From assembly GCA_965261735.1 (NCBI GenBank), contig OZ253470.1, positions 672,001 to 736,000 of the forward strand: a stretch of DNA of 64,000 bases, written 5' to 3'. The notes beneath the pieces are model-generated. The model saw only the letters and a list, made by a program, of their open reading frames with translations, was not told the origin of the DNA and made no database searches. Made by a program: the position numbers and the translations under genes. Each line of letters begins with the position of its first letter. Position 1 is the first letter of the stretch. Positions 1 through 11,073 of this stretch are shown here, in pieces. Source of the stretch: Alphaproteobacteria bacterium (lineage in GTDB: Bacteria > Pseudomonadota > Alphaproteobacteria > SHVV01).

Positions 1-282
1 TCCCATGACCCGGTGCTCCCCGGCCACCGCCCTCATCCCGGCTTTCGCTCGCGGTCTGTATTTGGCGGCCTCGGTCTCGGGTGCAGGCTCTCATGGGTCC
101 CCCAGTAGCCCGCTTCGGTCCAATATCGTCCTGGTGCCGCCCATCCGATGGGATGGACCCCGCCCTTCATAGCGGCCTTTCGCGTCGACGATATGTCGGC
201 TTGCCAAGCCGACATCAGCGCGGCGGGCACCTCCCGCCTCTCGTGAGGTCTTGGCTGTCTTGCCAGCGTTGCGTGGGCATGG

Positions 283-672
283 TCAGGCCGCCTCGGCGCG
301 TCGGACCGTCGCGGCGTCGAAGCCGTTGCGCTCCAACTCCTCGGGGCTGAGCTCAGGGATGATGTCGATCACGGCTTGCACATAGCCGCCGGCGAGATCC
401 CATTCGTCGGCCGCGATTTCCTCGGGCGTCTTCTGCCACGGCATAGGATGCGGGTCGGCCCTCGCGAGATCGATAGCCCCCGCCGTGGTCCGCCGTGACG
501 CAGCGATCAGCCGGTCGATGTACCGGACTCCCAAAACGGCCACGTGGCCGTTTTGAACGCCCGCCATGGCGAAGGCAAGCATCCGGCGCGCCGAGCGTTG
601 GGGGATGCCGGCGACGTCCGACAATAGTGATTCGCACCTTTCGGCCGACCATAATTCCGTAAATTCGACCAT
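283..672 (-). CDS. hypothetical protein (129 aa)
   Basis: ORF with protein-like composition; no family recognised; start uncertain. Confidence 0.45.
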   Translation of the reverse strand: MVEFTELWSAERCESLLSDVAGIPQRSARRMLAFAMAGVQNGHVAVLGVRYIDRLIAASRRTTAGAIDLARADPHPMPWQKTPEEIAADEWDLAGGYVQAVIDIIPELSPEELERNGFDAATVRRAEAA

Positions 673-849
673 AATTCGGAATTAGATCTCATGATTTCAG
701 GTACTTGTCCTACGGGACCCAGATTTTAAAACCACAAATTGTGCCATAAATACGGATCGCTTCTTGTAGCGGCATGGAACGGTCCTTTTCGCCCAGATCC
801 AAAACATTCCGAGCCAACCGAGTTTTTCCTCAAGCGATTGGCAAAGAGA

Positions 850-2282
850 GGTCGTGTCCCAGGACGTGGTGTAGGAGTTGTTGGAGCCTCTGTTAGCTGT
901 GGGTAGGCGGCTTGCCGTAGCGACCGCCGAGAGTCTGGCGTAGGCAAGCCGGCTATCCACAGCGGAGGCCATCGCGGTTCCGGTTTAGGGTTGGGCTAGT
1001 GCAAACCAACCTGACCCGAAGGAGAACCACGATGACCCAGGACATGATGACCCTGCGCGCGCTTTTGGAGAAGAGCTCCGATGCCGATCTGCTTTGCGAG
1101 ATGATCGGCTTCACGGCCGAGCGGCTGATGGCACTGGAGGTTGAGGGCCTGACCGGCGCCGGGCACGGCGAGCGCTCGGCGGATCGTATCACCCATCGCA
1201 ACGGCTACCGCGACCGGTCCTGGGAGACGCGGGCCGGCACGGTCGAGCTGAAGATCCCGAAGCTGAGGAAGGGAAGCTACTTCCCGGGCTTCCTGGAGCC
1301 GCGGCGGATGGCCGAGAAGGCGCTGGCTGCGGTGATCCAGGAGGCCTACATCCAGGGGGTGTCGACCCGCTCGGTCGACGATCTGGTTCAGGCGATGGGG
1401 ATGTCGGGCGCCTCCAAGAGCCAGGTCTCCAGGCTGTGCGGCGAGATCGACGATAAGGTCACCGGCTTCCTCGATCGACCGCTGGAGGGCGACTGGCCCT
1501 ATCTGTGGCTCGACGCCACCTACGTGAAGGTGCGCCAGACCGGACGCATCGTCTCGGTCGCGGTGACCGTGGCTGTGGCCGTCAACGACCAAGGCCGCCG
1601 CGAGGTCCTGGGCGTGGCGATCGGCGCGTCGGAGGCCGAGACCTTCTGGACCGAGTTCCTGCGCTCGCTGGCCCGGCGCGGGCTGCGCGGCGTGAAGCTG
1701 GTGATCTCCGACGCCCACAAGGGCCTGAAGGCCGCCGCGACCCGGATCCTCGGCGCCACATGGCAGCGCTGCCGCGTGCACTTCGCCCGCAACCTGCTGG
1801 CCCATGCCGGCCGCCAGGGCCGGCGCGTCGTCTCCGCCTTCGCCCAGGAGACGCCGACAGCGCGAAGGTCCAGTGGCGCCAGGTCGCCGACCAGCTCAGG
1901 CCCAAGGTGCCCAAGCTGGCAGTTCTCATGGACGAAGCCGAGCACGACGTCCTCGCCTACATGAGCTTCCCCAGGGAGCACCGCCAGAAATTGCACTCCA
2001 CAAACCCGATCGAACGGCTCCATGCCGAGGTCAAGCGTCGCACCAACGTCGTCGGTATCTTTCCCAACGAAGCCGCCATCACACGGCTCGTCGGCGCCAT
2101 CCTTCTCGAGCAGAACGACGAGTGGGCCGTCTCAAGGAGATACATGACGCTGGAATCCATCGCTCCGCTGAGCGATGGTGTCCCCATCACGCTGCCCACC
2201 GTGGCAGCCTGAACGTCCCGGCCCTACCCGCCGGGAGCCGCGTAGAGCGCAACGCTCTTACACCACTCCGCGGGACACGATC
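850..2282 (+). mobile_element. IS256-family element, copy 1
   Basis: Imperfect terminal IRs GGTCGTGTCCC.../GATCGTGTCCC...; 8-bp TSD CAAAGAGA at 842-849 and 2283-2290. Confidence 0.95.
1032..2212 (+). pseudogene. IS256 transposase, frameshifted
   Basis: RNGYR, LWLDATY, ISDAH, QRCRVH and STNPIER motifs; 1-nt deletion near 1850 (CAGGAGAC vs CAGGAGGAC in copy 2). Confidence 0.93.
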
Positions 2283-2415
2283 CAAAGAGAGCACAGGCGA
2301 TGCTTCCGCGCCCCTCAAGCAAGGGGAGATGAGATCCTGCACAGTCGCCCTAAGAGATCTCGTTCGCCTTTTGGCGCGCCAGGCCGCGCGCGAGGCCACT
2401 TTAGCTTCATCCATC

Positions 2416-2524
2416 CTTGCCTATCCGGTTTACACCCACACCCACTAGGGCTAGAATGGGCGCAAACCGGATATAGGGGAGCGCGCCATGGATGTTCTCG
2501 ACCGCGCCGATCTCCCATTCCCGC
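2416..2524 (+). mobile_element. IS1595-family left-end fragment
   Basis: CTTGCCTATCCGGTT end plus first 12 codons of the transposase ([12 protein letters not shown]), then fused to IS1380 sequence. Confidence 0.9.
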
Positions 2525-3145
2525 GTTCGCCTACGCCGCCCGCTCCTGGAGCCGCCAGCGCCGGGTCGTCGCCCGGCTGGAGGCGACCGCGCGGGGCTTC
2601 GCCGCCCGCTACATCGTCACCTCGCTCGGTGGCGAGCCCCGACATCTCTATGAAGGTATCTACTGCGCCCGCGGCCAGGCCGAGAACCTCATCAAGCTGC
2701 ACAAGGGCCAGCTCGCCTCCGACCGGACCTCCTGCCAGAGCCCGCTCGCCAACCAGTTCCGCCTCGTCCTGCACACCGCGGCCTACTGGCTCATGCTCGC
2801 CCTGCGCGATGCCGTGCCCCGCCGGATGCCGCTTGCCTGGGCCGAGTTCGCGACCCTCAGGAAAAGCCTGCTCAAGATCGGCGCCCGCGTCGTCGAAAAG
2901 GCCGCCCGCATCCGCATCCACTTCGCTTCGGCCTGTCCGGATGCCGCCCTGTTCCGCCTGCTGGCCGGGCGCCTCGCCGCCGCGGGCCCCTGATCGCCGG
3001 GGCGCCGTGCCCCGCCAACCCGAGCCCATTCAACCCCAAACCCCGACACCGCCAACCTCAAATCCCGGCACCGCAAGGCGCCGAACACAAACCTTCGCGC
3101 GCTCAAAATCAACCGATAAACTCTGCCTCCGATGAATAAGTCAGG
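2525..3145 (+). mobile_element. IS1380-family 3' remnant (transposase C-terminus and right end)
   Basis: YCARGQAENLIK...SDRTSC...ANQFRL...LLKIGARV motifs, stop at 2993; end GATGAATAAGTCAGG followed by CTAG. Confidence 0.85.
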
Positions 3146-3432
3146 CTAGTTACGCGCTCGGCGTGCGGCACATACTTGAAGGAAGTGTGCGCAAAGCCGG
3201 TAATCGCGTTCGGATCACCGCCCAATTGGTCGATGGGACAAGCGGCGGACATCTTTGGGCCGAACGCTACGACCATGATCTCAAAGACATTTTTGCGGTG
3301 CAGGACGACGTTAACCAGCAAATCGTTTCCGCCCTTGAGGTAGAACTGAAGGCGGGAGAGGACAAGCGGTTGGTTGAGCACGAAACCGATGACGTGGTCT
3401 GTTACGACTTTTTGTTGCGCGGCCGCGAGCTG
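3146..3432 (+). pseudogene. fragment of TolB-like domain of an adenylate cyclase/TPR-type protein
   Basis: LGVRHILEGSVRKAGNRVRITAQLVD...HLWAERYD...IFAVQD; both ends missing. Confidence 0.8.
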
Positions 3433-3610
3433 CCCGGACGCGCTAGTCCGCCGCATCGAGCAGGCGAGCCAGTACGTACCGCTCGAACGCCTGGCGCTCA
3501 GCCCCCAGTGCGAGTTCGCGACCTCGATCGTTGGCAACCGGCTGTCGATCAACGACCAGAGGTGCAAGCTCGAGGTCATGTGCCAAACCGCCCGCAAGGT
3601 ATGGGGTTAG
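3433..3610 (+). pseudogene. C-terminal fragment of cobalamin-independent methionine synthase II family protein
   Basis: RRIEQASQYVPLERLALSPQCEFATSIVGN...ARKVWG*. Confidence 0.75.
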
Positions 3611-3694
3611 GGCGCGCCGACGCCGATCATTCGGCGCGACGCGGTGAAGCCGCAGCACGTCAGGGCGTTGATGGCCTTTTTGAAGGTCTCAATC

Positions 3695-5329
3695 GGGTGC
3701 GAGTCTCGCATGGCAGTGATGTCTGCGGCTTGGTTCGTTGAGTTCAGGCAGCGATTGCCATGGCTGCTGCACGTGGACTGATGTTGTCGTTGGCCGGTGT
3801 GTCGGTTGCGCTGATCAGGGCCTTCCATGCGCGCTCGAAGCGGCCGGATTTGATCAGGGCGCGGAAGGTCAGAACAGCCTGTCCGCCGACGATCCGCCAG
3901 CGCATGCCGGAGCGCTTCATGCGCTGTGTCACCAGGGTCTTGTTGGCAGCCTCGACCACGCCTGAGCCGATGGCGATGCCCTCTTCCTTCAGGGCGTGGT
4001 AGCGCATGCGATGGCGATGCTTGCGGAAGAAGGCGAGTTCCCGCTCGGTCTCGGCCCGGTCCGGCGCAGCGGCGGCATCGCGAAGGTGGCGCAGCGCCCG
4101 GATCACCTTGGCGACGCCACGGGGATCGTGACGGATGGATCTCGCGGCACTTCTCGAACCAGCCGGGCGCCACGGCATGGTCAGACGCGGTTTGCAGATG
4201 TTCGCAAGCATGCCAGAAGTCGATCACCTCGGTTTCGGGCGACAGGGTCTCCAGGAAGGTCCAGTTGTCGGCGGCGCCATCGGCGATAGCGACGATCCCG
4301 ATCTCGGGGCGTGCTCGCCTGATGTGTGCGACTTCGCTTGCAAGCTGCGCCTTCAGCGTGAGCTTGCCGCTCTCCGGCATGGGGCCGAGATAGAGGGTCT
4401 TCAGGCGCTTGCCCTCGGCGTCGTGGAAGGAGACCGTGCCGCAGGCGGCCTCGCGCCAGGAGGCCTTGGCGCGACCGTCCTCGCCGGGTCTCAGCGGCAC
4501 CATGACGCCGTCGAGGGAGACCGAGGCGGTGGTCGCGTCCTGCGGTATGCCCTCGGCCTCACGGATGCTGCCCAGCGTCTCCGGGCCGAGGCTCTCCCAG
4601 CATTCGTGCATGCTCAGGGTCAGGCGCTCACCGACGGCGTCATGGCGCCGGTCTTCGCAAAGAACGCCGCCGCTTCCCGGGCCGTGCAGCGACCCATCAT
4701 CAGCAGACCGAGCTCGGCCGCCGGCCGCGTCAGGTAATCGTCGACGAGGCCCAGGCTCTCGTCGACCGGCACCGGCGATGCCCCGCTCGCGCCGCTGCGG
4801 TAACGCGCTCGCCGGTAGGCGAGCGAGGTCATGATCGTCTTCGGCGTCACCGCGACCCGGAACCAGCTCTGCCCGTCCCGCTCGATCCGGGAAGCGCCAT
4901 CGTCCCGGTTCTCGATGACGGCGCCCATGACATCGCGAGCGAACTCGTTCGTGGCCTCACGCACCCGCAACTCGACCTCCTCGGGCGCCTCGGGGCGCGG
5001 CTCGGAACGAAGCTCCTCGCGACACAGTGCGAGCACCCGGGCGACCGCCTCGACGACCCGAGGAGGCAGGCCGGAAAGATCGATGGACGAAGGCGCCGGA
5101 GGCGGGGATACTGCCATGGGAATGCTCCCGATGTTGGGTTTCGAGACACGGCATCGTACCGCTTCTGGCGGTGCGGAGCGTTCCCACCTTCCCCTGCTCG
5201 ACCCTGCCGTCGTGACAAAATCCTGCCTTGGGGCGGCCCATTGTCACGAATAGCCGTTTTCGGCCGTTCGTCTCGACACAAAAACGCACTAAATCAATGA
5301 CTTGGATTTTCCATACCAGACCCACACCC
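3695..5329 (-). mobile_element. ISKra4-like element with multiply frameshifted transposase
   Basis: IRs GGGTGCGAGTCTCGCATGG / GGGTGTGGGTCTGGTATGG (15/19); SLDGVMV, IADGA, IDFWHA and IGSGVVEAANK...QRMKRSGMRW motifs split over three ORFs; no TSD. Confidence 0.85.
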
Positions 5330-5929
5330 AGCCGCCACCGCGTTGGCCAGCGCCACCGTCGTCAGCGGGATGGTCGCGACCGGGGTTCCCAGGCTCAGGT
5401 TGATGATCTGGGCGCCGTTGGCAACCGCGTGGTTGACGCTGTTGGCGATGGCGGCGTCGGTGAAGGTTCCGCCGGTACCCTCGGTCTCGGCGCGGATGGC
5501 GAGAATAGTGGCGTTGAAGGCGACGCCGTGGGTCGCGACGCTGTTGCGGCGTGCGGCCGCGACCCCGGCAACGGCGGTGCCGTGCCCGTTGACGTCCTGC
5601 AGGCTCGCCCCGTTGGGCGAGAAGTTGGCGCTCGCGGCGGCAATGGCGCCCGCGAACTCGGCATTGGCGACGTCGATCCCGGTGTCGATGACGGCGATCG
5701 TAACGCCGGTCCCGGAAAAGCCGGCCTTATAGGCGCCGAGGGCGTTGATGGTGCCAAGCGCGAAGTTGGCCTGGAACTCGGCGGTGTTGAAGACCGCCGC
5801 GAGGCCGCCGCCGCTACCGCCGCCACCCCCGCAGCCGGCGAGGAGGAGCGCGGCGAAAACGATCGCGCGGGCGCGCCACGGCGGCGCACACAACGGCCCG
5901 GCGCCGCGAATGCGCGTAGTTGCGCTCAC
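5330..5929 (-). pseudogene. S8 subtilase lipoprotein, N-terminal fragment
   Basis: Lipobox LLLAGC, VIDTG (Asp), HGTAVAG (His), INLSLG; truncated by the ISKra4-like end before the catalytic Ser. Confidence 0.85.
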
Positions 5930-6079
5930 CCCAATTCCCCCTACCTCCTATGATTGCAGGACATACGGAAAACGCTCGTCGTCGCGGAATCTCCCTCGCG
6001 CCCGCTGTGCGTCGGTGCCGGGCGGAGTGTTGCGTATATACTGGAGTCGGCGGGGCGCAACGGGACGTCAGGCAGGGTC

Positions 6080-6744
6080 ATGGAGAAGAAGCACCAGCTC
6101 AACATCTGGTACGTCATCATCGCCTTTTTCGGCGTCCTGCTGCTGCAGTATCTGTATACTCAGAGCCAACAGGTCGAGCCGATTCCCTATAGCGAGTTCC
6201 AGCGCTATCTCGAGGCCGGCGACATCTCCGAGATCGTCGTCAGCAAGAACTTCATTCGCGGCACCCTGAGCGAGCCTCTGGCCGACGGCAAGACGCAGTT
6301 CGTGACCACGCGGGTCGATCCGGGCCTGGCCGATGAACTGACGAAGTACGGCGTCCGCTACTCGGCCCAGGTCGAGCAAACCTTCCTGCGCGACCTGTTG
6401 TCCTGGATCCTGCCGGTCCTCATCTTCGTCGGCGTCTGGTACTTCCTGTTCCGGCGCATCGCCGAGAAGCAAGGACTCGGCGGCGGCTTCATGACCGTCG
6501 GCAAGAGCAAGGCCAAGGTCTACATGGAGCGCGACACCGCGGTCACCTTCGACGACGTCGCCGGCGTCGACGAGGCCAAGGTCGAGCTGGTCGAGATCGT
6601 GACCTTCCTGAAGGAGCCCGAGGCCTACGGGCGGCTCGGCGCGCGGGTGCCCAAGGGCGTGCTCCTGGTCGGACCCCCGGGCACCGGCAAGACGCTGCTC
6701 GCGCGCGCGGTCGCGGGTGAGGCGAGGGTGCCGTTCTTTTCGAT
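6080..6744 (+). pseudogene. ftsH: FtsH-family AAA protease, truncated
   Basis: Two TM segments, [21 protein letters not shown]; homology ends at PFFS where a GGGGATTAT element end begins. Confidence 0.9.
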
Positions 6745-6778
6745 GGGGATTATATACCGGAGTCACAATTCGGGCGCA

Positions 6779-6940
6779 TCAGTCATCCTTGATGGTTTTA
6801 ACGGCCATGAGCTGAAGTGCCACCCGCGCAAGTTCTTCGGGCGTCGTGTCGATGGTAGCGTCTTCCTCTAGCTCGGCCTTGCTCGGTTGGTAGGTCGCGG
6901 GACGCACCCACAGATCAGGTTTGGTCTTCGGTTTGGTCAT
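6779..6940 (-). CDS. 53-aa protein with YQPSKAE motif
   Basis: GGAGG RBS before ATG; related to 58368-58565. Confidence 0.7.
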   Translation of the reverse strand: MTKPKTKPDLWVRPATYQPSKAELEEDATIDTTPEELARVALQLMAVKTIKDD

Positions 6941-6951
6941 GGTCTTCCTCC

Positions 6952-8780
6952 CTATGCCGCACGCGGCAATTGCAGCTTGGCGATCAAATATTCCATGCCC
7001 CGGTCGCCCTTCACACGGTTGCAGTGCCCACAAAGCAGTTGCAGGTTGTCGATGTGATCGGCGCCGCCCTTCTGTCGGGCAATGATGTGATCAATCTCCA
7101 GGTGCCTCATCTCAAAATGACTGTCGCAGCCTCGACAGTGCCCGCCTTGCTCGCCATAGAGCAGCTTGCGGTTGCGCAGATCGTTGTAGCGGATGATCTG
7201 GCCCAGATCGGTTCGCCGGGGGATGTCATCACGATGCGCTCCTGCAAAGAACAATCCCAACTCATCGCGCATCCTGATCTGAACCAACTCGGCCGCCTTC
7301 GGCGAGATGTCGATCCCTACCCATTCTCGTTGCAGCTCTTCCGCCGCGATGCAGGCTGTTGCACATCCGCAAAAGGGGTCCAGAACAATATCTCCCTCAT
7401 TGGAACTGGCCTCTATTACACGGCGTACTAGATTTAGGGGCTTCTGTGTCGGGTAGCCCGTTCGCTCTTTGGCTCGCGGATTGATCGGCGAAATATCTGA
7501 CCACAGATCGGCCACAGCTTGTCCCGGCATTTCGTCCAAGGATCGCTTCAACTGCGCGACCCTGCTCTTTGTATATATCCTTCCTTCCGCATCTAGCTTC
7601 CTTGCCTATCCGGTTAACGCCCATGACCGCTACATGTAGGGTGCCGCCACTCTCCCGAGTAAAGCTCGGCATAGGTTGGAGCAGAGGTGTCGCCCGCGAT
7701 GCCGAGCAATGAGCGGAAGGCGTTGAACGGGTAGAACCGCCTGTTGAAGCGGAAGGTGAACTCGTTGAGGTAGGCTTGTAGGTGCTGGTGGCTAACGCCG
7801 TGGTGGATACCGATCAGCCACGTCTTCAGGTTGGCGAAAACCAGATGGATGATCGGCAGGTATTGCTCGGCAACCTCTGGATCACCACACTCGGCAACAG
7901 CGAAGTGCTCATAGCCGCGCTTCCCGAGGCCAGCATAGCCGCTCCAATCGTCAGTAACGATCAGCGATCGCGGCGCGACGGTGCTCTCGACGAACCCACA
8001 GAGCGACTCGGCGCTACGGTCGAGCACGACGGCGAGCCGAACGCGTCCGGCATAGCGTCCGTCTTTCCGGTTGTCGAGCTTGGTGCCCGGCTTTCGATGA
8101 CGCACCTCGATGGCACAGGAGACGGGAACCTTGTGGTGAACACCACGGCCTTCCCCACGCGTTCGCCCGCCAACCCAGGTTTCGTCCACCTCAACATGGT
8201 TCTTGGGCTGTCCACCGATCCTGTCTTGGTTGGGCCGCACCATGCCCGAGCGGAGCTTGTGGAGAATTTGAAAGGCCGTCTCGTAGCGCGAAAGACCAAG
8301 TTGCCGCTGAAACTGCACGGCGGACATGCCGGGCGTCTGACTGGCGACCAGATAAGCGGCCCAGAACCAGACGTTCAGCGGAGTGTGGCTACGCTCCATC
8401 ACTGTTCCCACCGTCAGCCCGGTGTTCTGGCGGCACTTGCGGCAGCGCAGGACGCCAGGGCGGTTTTCAAAGTGGAACGGCTCTCCCGCCGTGCCGCAGT
8501 GCGGGCAGGCAAAGCCGTCTCCCCAGCGGGCTTTCTCCAGGTAGGCGGCGCAGGCCGCATCATCGGGGAAAAGTCGCTGGAACTCGGGTAGCGAATGCGG
8601 GAATGGGAGATCGGCGCGGTCGAGAACATCCATGGCGCGCTCCCCTATATCCGGGTTGCGCCCATTCTAGCCCTAGTGGGTGTGGGTGTAAACCGGATAG
8701 GTAAGCTAGCTTCTTCATTTTGTCTTCGGTAAGACGCCACGGTTTGGTGACTCCGTGGAAGTCATAGACAGGCCCACGCC
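6952..8780 (-). pseudogene. N4/N6 DNA methyltransferase fused to C-terminal HNH nuclease; IS-interrupted and 5'-truncated
   Basis: GYPTQKP, VLDPFCGCAT, GIDIS motifs; HNH CxxC...DHII...NLQLLCxxCN; frame continues across the IS into 8706-8780 (PVYDFHGVTKPWRLTEDKMKKL). Confidence 0.88.
7601..8705 (-). mobile_element. IS1595-family (ISSod11-type) element, copy 1; transposase 7614-8633
   Basis: 15-bp IRs CTTGCCTATCCGGTT; 8-bp TSD CTAGCTTC; Zn ribbon, VEVDET, VTDDW and YLNEFTFRFN motifs. Confidence 0.95.
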
Positions 8781-10214
8781 GATCGTGTCCCGCGGAGTGG
8801 TGTAAGAGCGTTGCGCTCTACGCGGCTCCCGGCGGGTAGGGCCGGGACGTTCAGGCTGCCACGGTGGGCAGCGTGATGGGGACACCATCGCTCAGCGGAG
8901 CGATGGATTCCAGCGTCATGTATCTCCTTGAGACGGCCCACTCGTCGTTCTGCTCGAGAAGGATGGCGCCGACGAGCCGTGTGATGGCGGCTTCGTTGGG
9001 AAAGATACCGACGACGTTGGTGCGACGCTTGACCTCGGCATGGAGCCGTTCGATCGGGTTTGTGGAGTGCAATTTCTGGCGGTGCTCCCTGGGGAAGCTC
9101 ATGTAGGCGAGGACGTCGTGCTCGGCTTCGTCCATGAGAACTGCCAGCTTGGGCACCTTGGGCCTGAGCTGGTCGGCGACCTGGCGCCACTGGACCTTCG
9201 CGCTGTCGGCGTCCTCCTGGGCGAAGGCGGAGACGACGCGCCGGCCCTGGCGGCCGGCATGGGCCAGCAGGTTGCGGGCGAAGTGCACGCGGCAGCGCTG
9301 CCATGTGGCGCCGAGGATCCGGGTCGCGGCGGCCTTCAGGCCCTTGTGGTCGTCGGAGATCACCAGCTTCACGCCGCGCAGCCCGCGCCGGGCCAGCGAG
9401 CGCAGGAACTCGGTCCAGAAGGTCTCGGCCTCCGACGCGCCGATCGCCACGCCCAGGACCTCGCGGCGGCCTTGGTCGTTGACGGCCACAGCCACGGTCA
9501 CCGCGACCGAGACGATGCGTCCGGTCTGGCGCACCTTCACGTAGGTGGCGTCGAGCCACAGATAGGGCCAGTCGCCCTCCAGCGGTCGATCGAGGAAGCC
9601 GGTGACCTTATCGTCGATCTCGCCGCACAGCCTGGAGACCTGGCTCTTGGAGGCGCCCGACATCCCCATCGCCTGAACCAGATCGTCGACCGAGCGGGTC
9701 GACACCCCCTGGATGTAGGCCTCCTGGATCACCGCAGCCAGCGCCTTCTCGGCCATCCGCCGCGGCTCCAGGAAGCCCGGGAAGTAGCTTCCCTTCCTCA
9801 GCTTCGGGATCTTCAGCTCGACCGTGCCGGCCCGCGTCTCCCAGGACCGGTCGCGGTAGCCGTTGCGATGGGTGATACGATCCGCCGAGCGCTCGCCGTG
9901 CCCGGCGCCGGTCAGGCCCTCAACCTCCAGTGCCATCAGCCGCTCGGCCGTGAAGCCGATCATCTCGCAAAGCAGATCGGCATCGGAGCTCTTCTCCAAA
10001 AGCGCGCGCAGGGTCATCATGTCCTGGGTCATCGTGGTTCTCCTTCGGGTCAGGTTGGTTTGCACTAGCCCAACCCTAAACCGGAACCGCGATGGCCTCC
10101 GCTGTGGATAGCCGGCTTGCCTACGCCAGACTCTCGGCGGTCGCTACGGCAAGCCGCCTACCCACAGCTACCAGAGGCTCCAACAACTCCTACACCACGT
10201 CCTGGGACACGACC
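8781..10214 (-). mobile_element. IS256-family element, copy 2; transposase ORF 8851-10032 open
   Basis: Near-identical to 850-2282 in inverted orientation; flanks CCCACGCC / CGGGCGCC do not form a TSD. Confidence 0.95.
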
Positions 10215-10548
10215 CGGGCGCCGGCCTCGGCGCGTTTCGGCTCCCTGGTATCAGTGGTGTAGTCGCGCAGAATTTCCGCGACCCGTATGTGGTACGCGGC
10301 GAAGATGTCACCCTTGCCTCGTGCCTGCGCGACTTGGTACTCGGCGGTGTCCTTCCAGGCCCGGACCGCCTCCTCGTCGCGCCAGATCGAGAGCGACACG
10401 TACTTGCTGGGCGTGGTCACGGCGCGAAGCGCTCGACCGAGACGAAACCGTCGACTCGCTCAAGCTCCGGACGAAGCGCCTCGGCAAGGTCGAAGTACGC
10501 CTGATCCCTACCTTCGCGCATCGTCACTTCGAAGACGACTATGATCAT
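10215..10548 (-). pseudogene. antibiotic biosynthesis monooxygenase (ABM) family, frameshifted
   Basis: MIIVVFEV...YFDLAEALRPELERVDGFVSVERF, shift near 10425, then KYVSLSIWRDEEAVRAW...IFAAYHIRVAE. Confidence 0.8.
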
Positions 10549-10664
10549 CGCTATGCTCCTCGGAACCCGCATTCCGTCGGTGTCCATACCAACCGGTGGT
10601 TTCGCCGCCAGCGTCGGCTACAGGTACGCGGCGCGCGCCGTAGCGCCACCGGCGGGGGATTAGC

Positions 10665-10910
10665 GTGAACATCCTGGTGGGTCTTGTTCGCCTCATCGAC
10701 TTGATCAACGACGCGGTTGGTCGCACCGTTTCGTGGCTCACCGTCTTGATGGTGCTCGTCGTCTTCGCCGTGGTTGTCCTGCGCTACGTGTTCGCGGTGG
10801 GCTGGATCGCGATGCAGGAGATCTACGTTTGGATGCACCGCACCGTGTTCATGCTGGGAGCCAGCTACACGCTGCTCCACGATGGGCACGTGCGCACCGA
10901 CCTCTTCTAA
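10665..10910 (+). pseudogene. TRAP small permease (DctQ) N-terminal fragment
   Basis: VVVLRYVF...QE...FMLGASYTLLHDGHVRTD, then premature stop. Confidence 0.85.
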
Positions 10911-11073
10911 GTGCCTGCAACTGGCGGCCGAGGATGCCGGCCTTGCCGAACGCCGAAACCGCCGTCCACTGCTTGCGGCCCTGTGAGATCGCAGGAGCCG
11001 GGAAACTGGAAGCCGCGGCCGTCGCAGCAACGCCTGCCGCGGCCGTGCGCGTAATGAATCTACGGCGTTTCAT
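10908..11073 (-). pseudogene. TRAP solute-binding protein (DctP-type) N-terminal fragment
   Basis: Tat signal MKRRRFI...FPAPAISQG.KQW; truncated at the DctQ junction. Confidence 0.75.

Larger units (their letters stand above)
774..2415 (+). pseudogene. small island-type ORF (LVRLLARQAARE motif), split by IS256 and truncated by IS1595
   Basis: Removing IS256 and one TSD copy gives an open frame from ATG 774: MERSFSPR...IGKESTGD...ALRDLVRLLARQAAREATLASSI, cut at the IS end at 2416. Confidence 0.45.
6745..8780 (-). mobile_element. remnant of ISNwi1-type (IS1595 family) passenger-carrying element, one end plus cargo
   Basis: End GGGGATTATATACCGGAGTCACA fits the ggnnatTAT group consensus and sits exactly at the ftsH break; other end lost at IS256 copy 2. 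Confidence 0.6.

Noticed and set aside
7782-8591. 269-aa antisense ORF in each long IS1595 copy
   Set aside because: Copies are nearly identical, so recurrence is not independent evidence; codon-aligned shadow ORF with no recognisable motif.
850-10214. Composite transposon moved as one unit by the IS256 pair
   Set aside because: Copy 1 has its own TSD and the outer flanks do not match.
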